This document shows, piece after piece, positions 61,401 to 64,000 of a stretch of DNA of 64,000 nucleotides (position 1 is the stretch's first letter; the number at the start of each line of letters is the position of its first letter). The translations under genes and the position numbers were made by a program. The notes under the pieces were generated by a model that made no database searches, was not told where the DNA came from, and worked only from the letters and a program-made list of their open reading frames with translations. The DNA is taken from assembly GCA_030704615.1 (NCBI GenBank), contig CM060732.1, positions 11,904,001 to 11,968,000 of the forward strand, in the 5' to 3' direction. This DNA is from Takakia lepidozioides. Taxonomy: Eukaryota; Plantae; Bryophyta.

Positions 61401-63628
61401 GTGAATGAAGGGAAGCCAAACATCTTCTGGGAGAAGAGAGAGATATTTCTGAAGCTAATGGGACAAATACTGCTGTGGTGTCTCTGGACCAAAAATAGTT
61501 GTGCGCATACAACTTTCCAGGGGTTTTGAAGTCGATTGGTGCCCGGAAGTACTCGATGATCTTACATTCGACCTATATCCATCTTGTCCAAGATTCATCC
61601 TATGTTGTCCGTTGCACCATAGCTGCTTCCTTTCATGAGGTCTCACCCTGTAACTTTACGTAGATTTGTTGTAATCATGTTCTGGCCAGCATCATTGTTT
61701 GAAACACCCACCTATGTACTTGTGTGTGGCCAGACCTATGTATTTCACAACTCTCTACATGTGACACCTGTACATATTGCAGGTAACAAAGATTCTTGGA
61801 AAGGAGCGGACAGCTACGTATTTGAAGGATGCCTTCCTCCTCTTGCTGAAGGACCCCTCATTGAATGTCCAAACAAAGCTATTTGGCATACTCCAGCATG
61901 TTCTAGGTTCACCACTTGCCGTAGCCAACGTCACATTTAAGTCTTCAGCACTGTTCCATGCCCCCTCGTAGGGTTTTACTGAAACTTTGAACTACTGGTT
62001 GTGTCAGAATGGTGACTCCCATTAGTGCACTGAAGTATAGATATGACTCACACTCTGCAATGCTTGACATTTTGCGAAACGATCTCTTGATTTGCTATTG
62101 TTGTTCTACTGTGTTCAATGGGGTCTCTGGGTTATTGTTCTTCTCCCTGGCATCCATTTTCAAGGCTCCTACAACTATTTTATTTTGTTTAGTTTGGTGG
62201 GTACAGGGCAATTCAGTGTGACGAATGCTCAATCAAAGATGGCCATGTATGCAGCCATTATTCCTGCACTGCTGCATGCTGAGGGGACTGTTAGTTGCAC
62301 CAATCAATGGCGACTTCAGCTTTCTTTGCTGCAAGCCTTTCCACAATTTCCGGTTTGTACTCTATTTTCTCCTCTCCCCTCCACCATTGAGGCATCCGCC
62401 TCTCCATGCTCTTACGTATGTACTTCCCCTTTTCCTAATACCCAAAGTTACTTGCTGGCTAGTTAGTACATTCAAGACTTAAATCACTTTGCGGCATTAC
62501 ATCTTAATCTTGACCTCAGGGCAAGGATGTTCTGATGCTCTAAGTCCAAGTGAATACTTGTCTGGCCATGGGTTCACATGACTGGAAGAAAGAAATGAAA
62601 TGAAATAAAATGGAACTGAACTTTACAACATCCGCAGAAAGCTCAAAGAGCTTATGGGACAATAGGAAAGCAAGGAACAAAAAAGAATAAAAGACATATA
62701 GTGAAGCCAGAAGGATCTCAAAAGCAACTACTGCTCAAGGGATTGCCTAAGGGTCAAAGCTTCGTGCAGAAAAGCTGCCAAGCATCTGATCCTCATAATG
62801 GAAGACTTCTGTGAGAGATTGGGTTTCACGGGACAGACAGTGGAATCTCGCACGGATCTCATAGTAGAGGGTGGTAAAAGAAGTGTTCCTCAGTCTCGAT
62901 ACAATGATTGCGGCCAGTGCCTGCTGGGCATAGGCGGTCCTCTCGCTGAAGTTTTCCCATCTACCAGTCTCTATCCGTAAATTGTGGGAGCCCACCCTGA
63001 ATTGCCCCAATGCCCTCAGAAGAGAGGGAGATAAAGGTGCAGATATATAATTAGGCTGCAAGACTTTTTCATCACAGAGAACTAAGAATGTCTCCCGGTA
63101 GAAATGGAGATTTGTTGGTAGAGTGGCCGGCTTCCATGTTCTCCTGACATGAAGTTCCGTAAGTTCTCGTCTGATGTGTCTGTTGCGATCCTGTTTGGAC
63201 GTGATTTTCACCCCTTCTGTATTTTGTGGCAATTGGGAAGCAACAGAGTCTCCATTGCGCTCAAAAAAACTGCACACCCGAGCAACCAGGAGGGCTTGAA
63301 GCCTTCTGTATGGAGCCTGACAGATTTTGAGGGCCCTTGCTGTGAGCCCTGTGAGGTTCAGGGCTTGTAACCTTTCAAGAAAGATTGTAAGCCTAAAGCT
63401 AGCTTCGGTTTGAGGCCCATAGGACGAAGTTAGGAGAAAACCACATCAAATGATAAGGTCATCTAGCTACTGCCAGTGTACATTATAACCTTGTTGGCTC
63501 CTCCTCCAGGAGTATATCACGAGTGATCAGATTCATGATAATTTTGTGCCTGTTTGCTTCCGCTACATGGTGGAGGGTGTTTTACCGGTCAAATCCGCTG
63601 CAGCACTAGCCCTAGCTGTGTTCATCAG
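55459..63628 (+). CDS. PPP4R4: Protein phosphatase 4 regulatory subunit 4-like HEAT-repeat protein (5' exon unresolved; probably continues past the window)
   Basis: Exons ~55459-55569 (EEIERLTVNEDLSDLERA), 56410-56532, 56796-56852, 57039-57155, 57425-57589 (SMALCQ), 58104-58184 (DTDTEVRMCMC), 58577-~58718 (PELNELLKDEE), ~59174-59242, 59527-59616, 61499-61639 (LCAYNFP..VRCTIAASFHE), 61783-~61907, ~62208-62352 (QWRLQ) and ~63490-63628 (SDQIHDNFVP). Confidence 0.85.
56011..56124 (-). mobile_element. 3'-terminal fragment of LINE family 2 (intronic)
   Basis: Reverse complement of 60548-60667, including the (ATTTC)n tail. Confidence 0.8.
59785..60668 (+). mobile_element. 5'-truncated LINE family 2 (RTEX-like) in a PP4R4 intron
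   Basis: ORF 59517-60551 C-terminus LGRFRVGSHNLRIETGRW..REDRLCPAC..ETEEHFFFYCPLYYEIR. The 3' UTR ends in (ATTTC)n. Confidence 0.88.
62592..63440 (-). mobile_element. Second 5'-truncated LINE family 2 copy, antisense, in a PP4R4 intron
   Basis: ORF 62747-63277 is homologous to the 60.0-60.5 kb copy. (GAAAT)n tail at 62592-62611. Confidence 0.88.
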
Positions 63629-63759
63629 GTAGGTCAATGGTCTTATTTGTAAAAGCTACATCTCTCACCCATCTTCCTGTCTCTTCCCCCTATTTCTCTC
63701 TATGCAAACCAAGCACAGAAGGTTGGAAAATTCTTCTAAGCATCCCTCTCTTATCCCTG

Positions 63760-63828
63760 TTCTGCCCGAACTGGGCGCGGGGTCTATGGCACAAGGCTAC
63801 GGTAAATGTCTTATAAGTATATTCTTAT
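63760..63828 (+). mobile_element. 3' tail fragment of LINE family 1
   Basis: AACTGGGCGCGGGGTCTATGGCACAAGGCTACGG..AATGTCTTATAAGTATATTCT matches 1126-1185. Confidence 0.7.
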
Positions 63829-64000
63829 CCCTGGATGAGAGAAAGAAAACCAATACTATGGGGTTCGAACATGACTTTGGTGTCTCATATTTTGTGTATT
63901 TGGACATGACATCTCAGGAGTAACTGCAAGGCAGTGCAGCGCCATGAGTTGTCACAAAGGGTTGTGAAAGAGTATGGTCAAGCCCGCAGCTACTGGTCAC

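Overview
This is eukaryotic nuclear DNA from a land plant, most likely a non-seed lineage. That lineage call is inferred from the PP4R4 gene, RTEX-like LINEs, a fungal/protist-type hemerythrin and GT-AG introns. The first 28 kb is gene-rich: the 3' end of a VASt-domain gene, an NHR2-like gene, plastid ribosomal protein S6, a Faf1/DUF4602 gene head-to-head with a MOT2/MFSD5 transporter, and an isoaspartyl peptidase/asparaginase. From 28 to 47 kb, a decayed Ty1/copia is interrupted by three copies of one Ty3 chromovirus family nested in each other's LTRs, forming a multi-kb inverted repeat. From 47 to 53 kb there are LINE debris and a ~730-codon zinc-finger/AT-hook transposase with P-element-like motifs. 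The transposase is cut off just after its first catalytic Asp and abuts an intronless HHE/hemerythrin pseudogene with a hydrophobic leader (candidate horizontal transfer). From 55 kb onward lies a multi-exon PP4R4-like gene, two exons of which are also copied as a decayed fragment at 10.6-11.4 kb. Gene models were assembled by eye and family calls come from recalled motifs; no searches were run.
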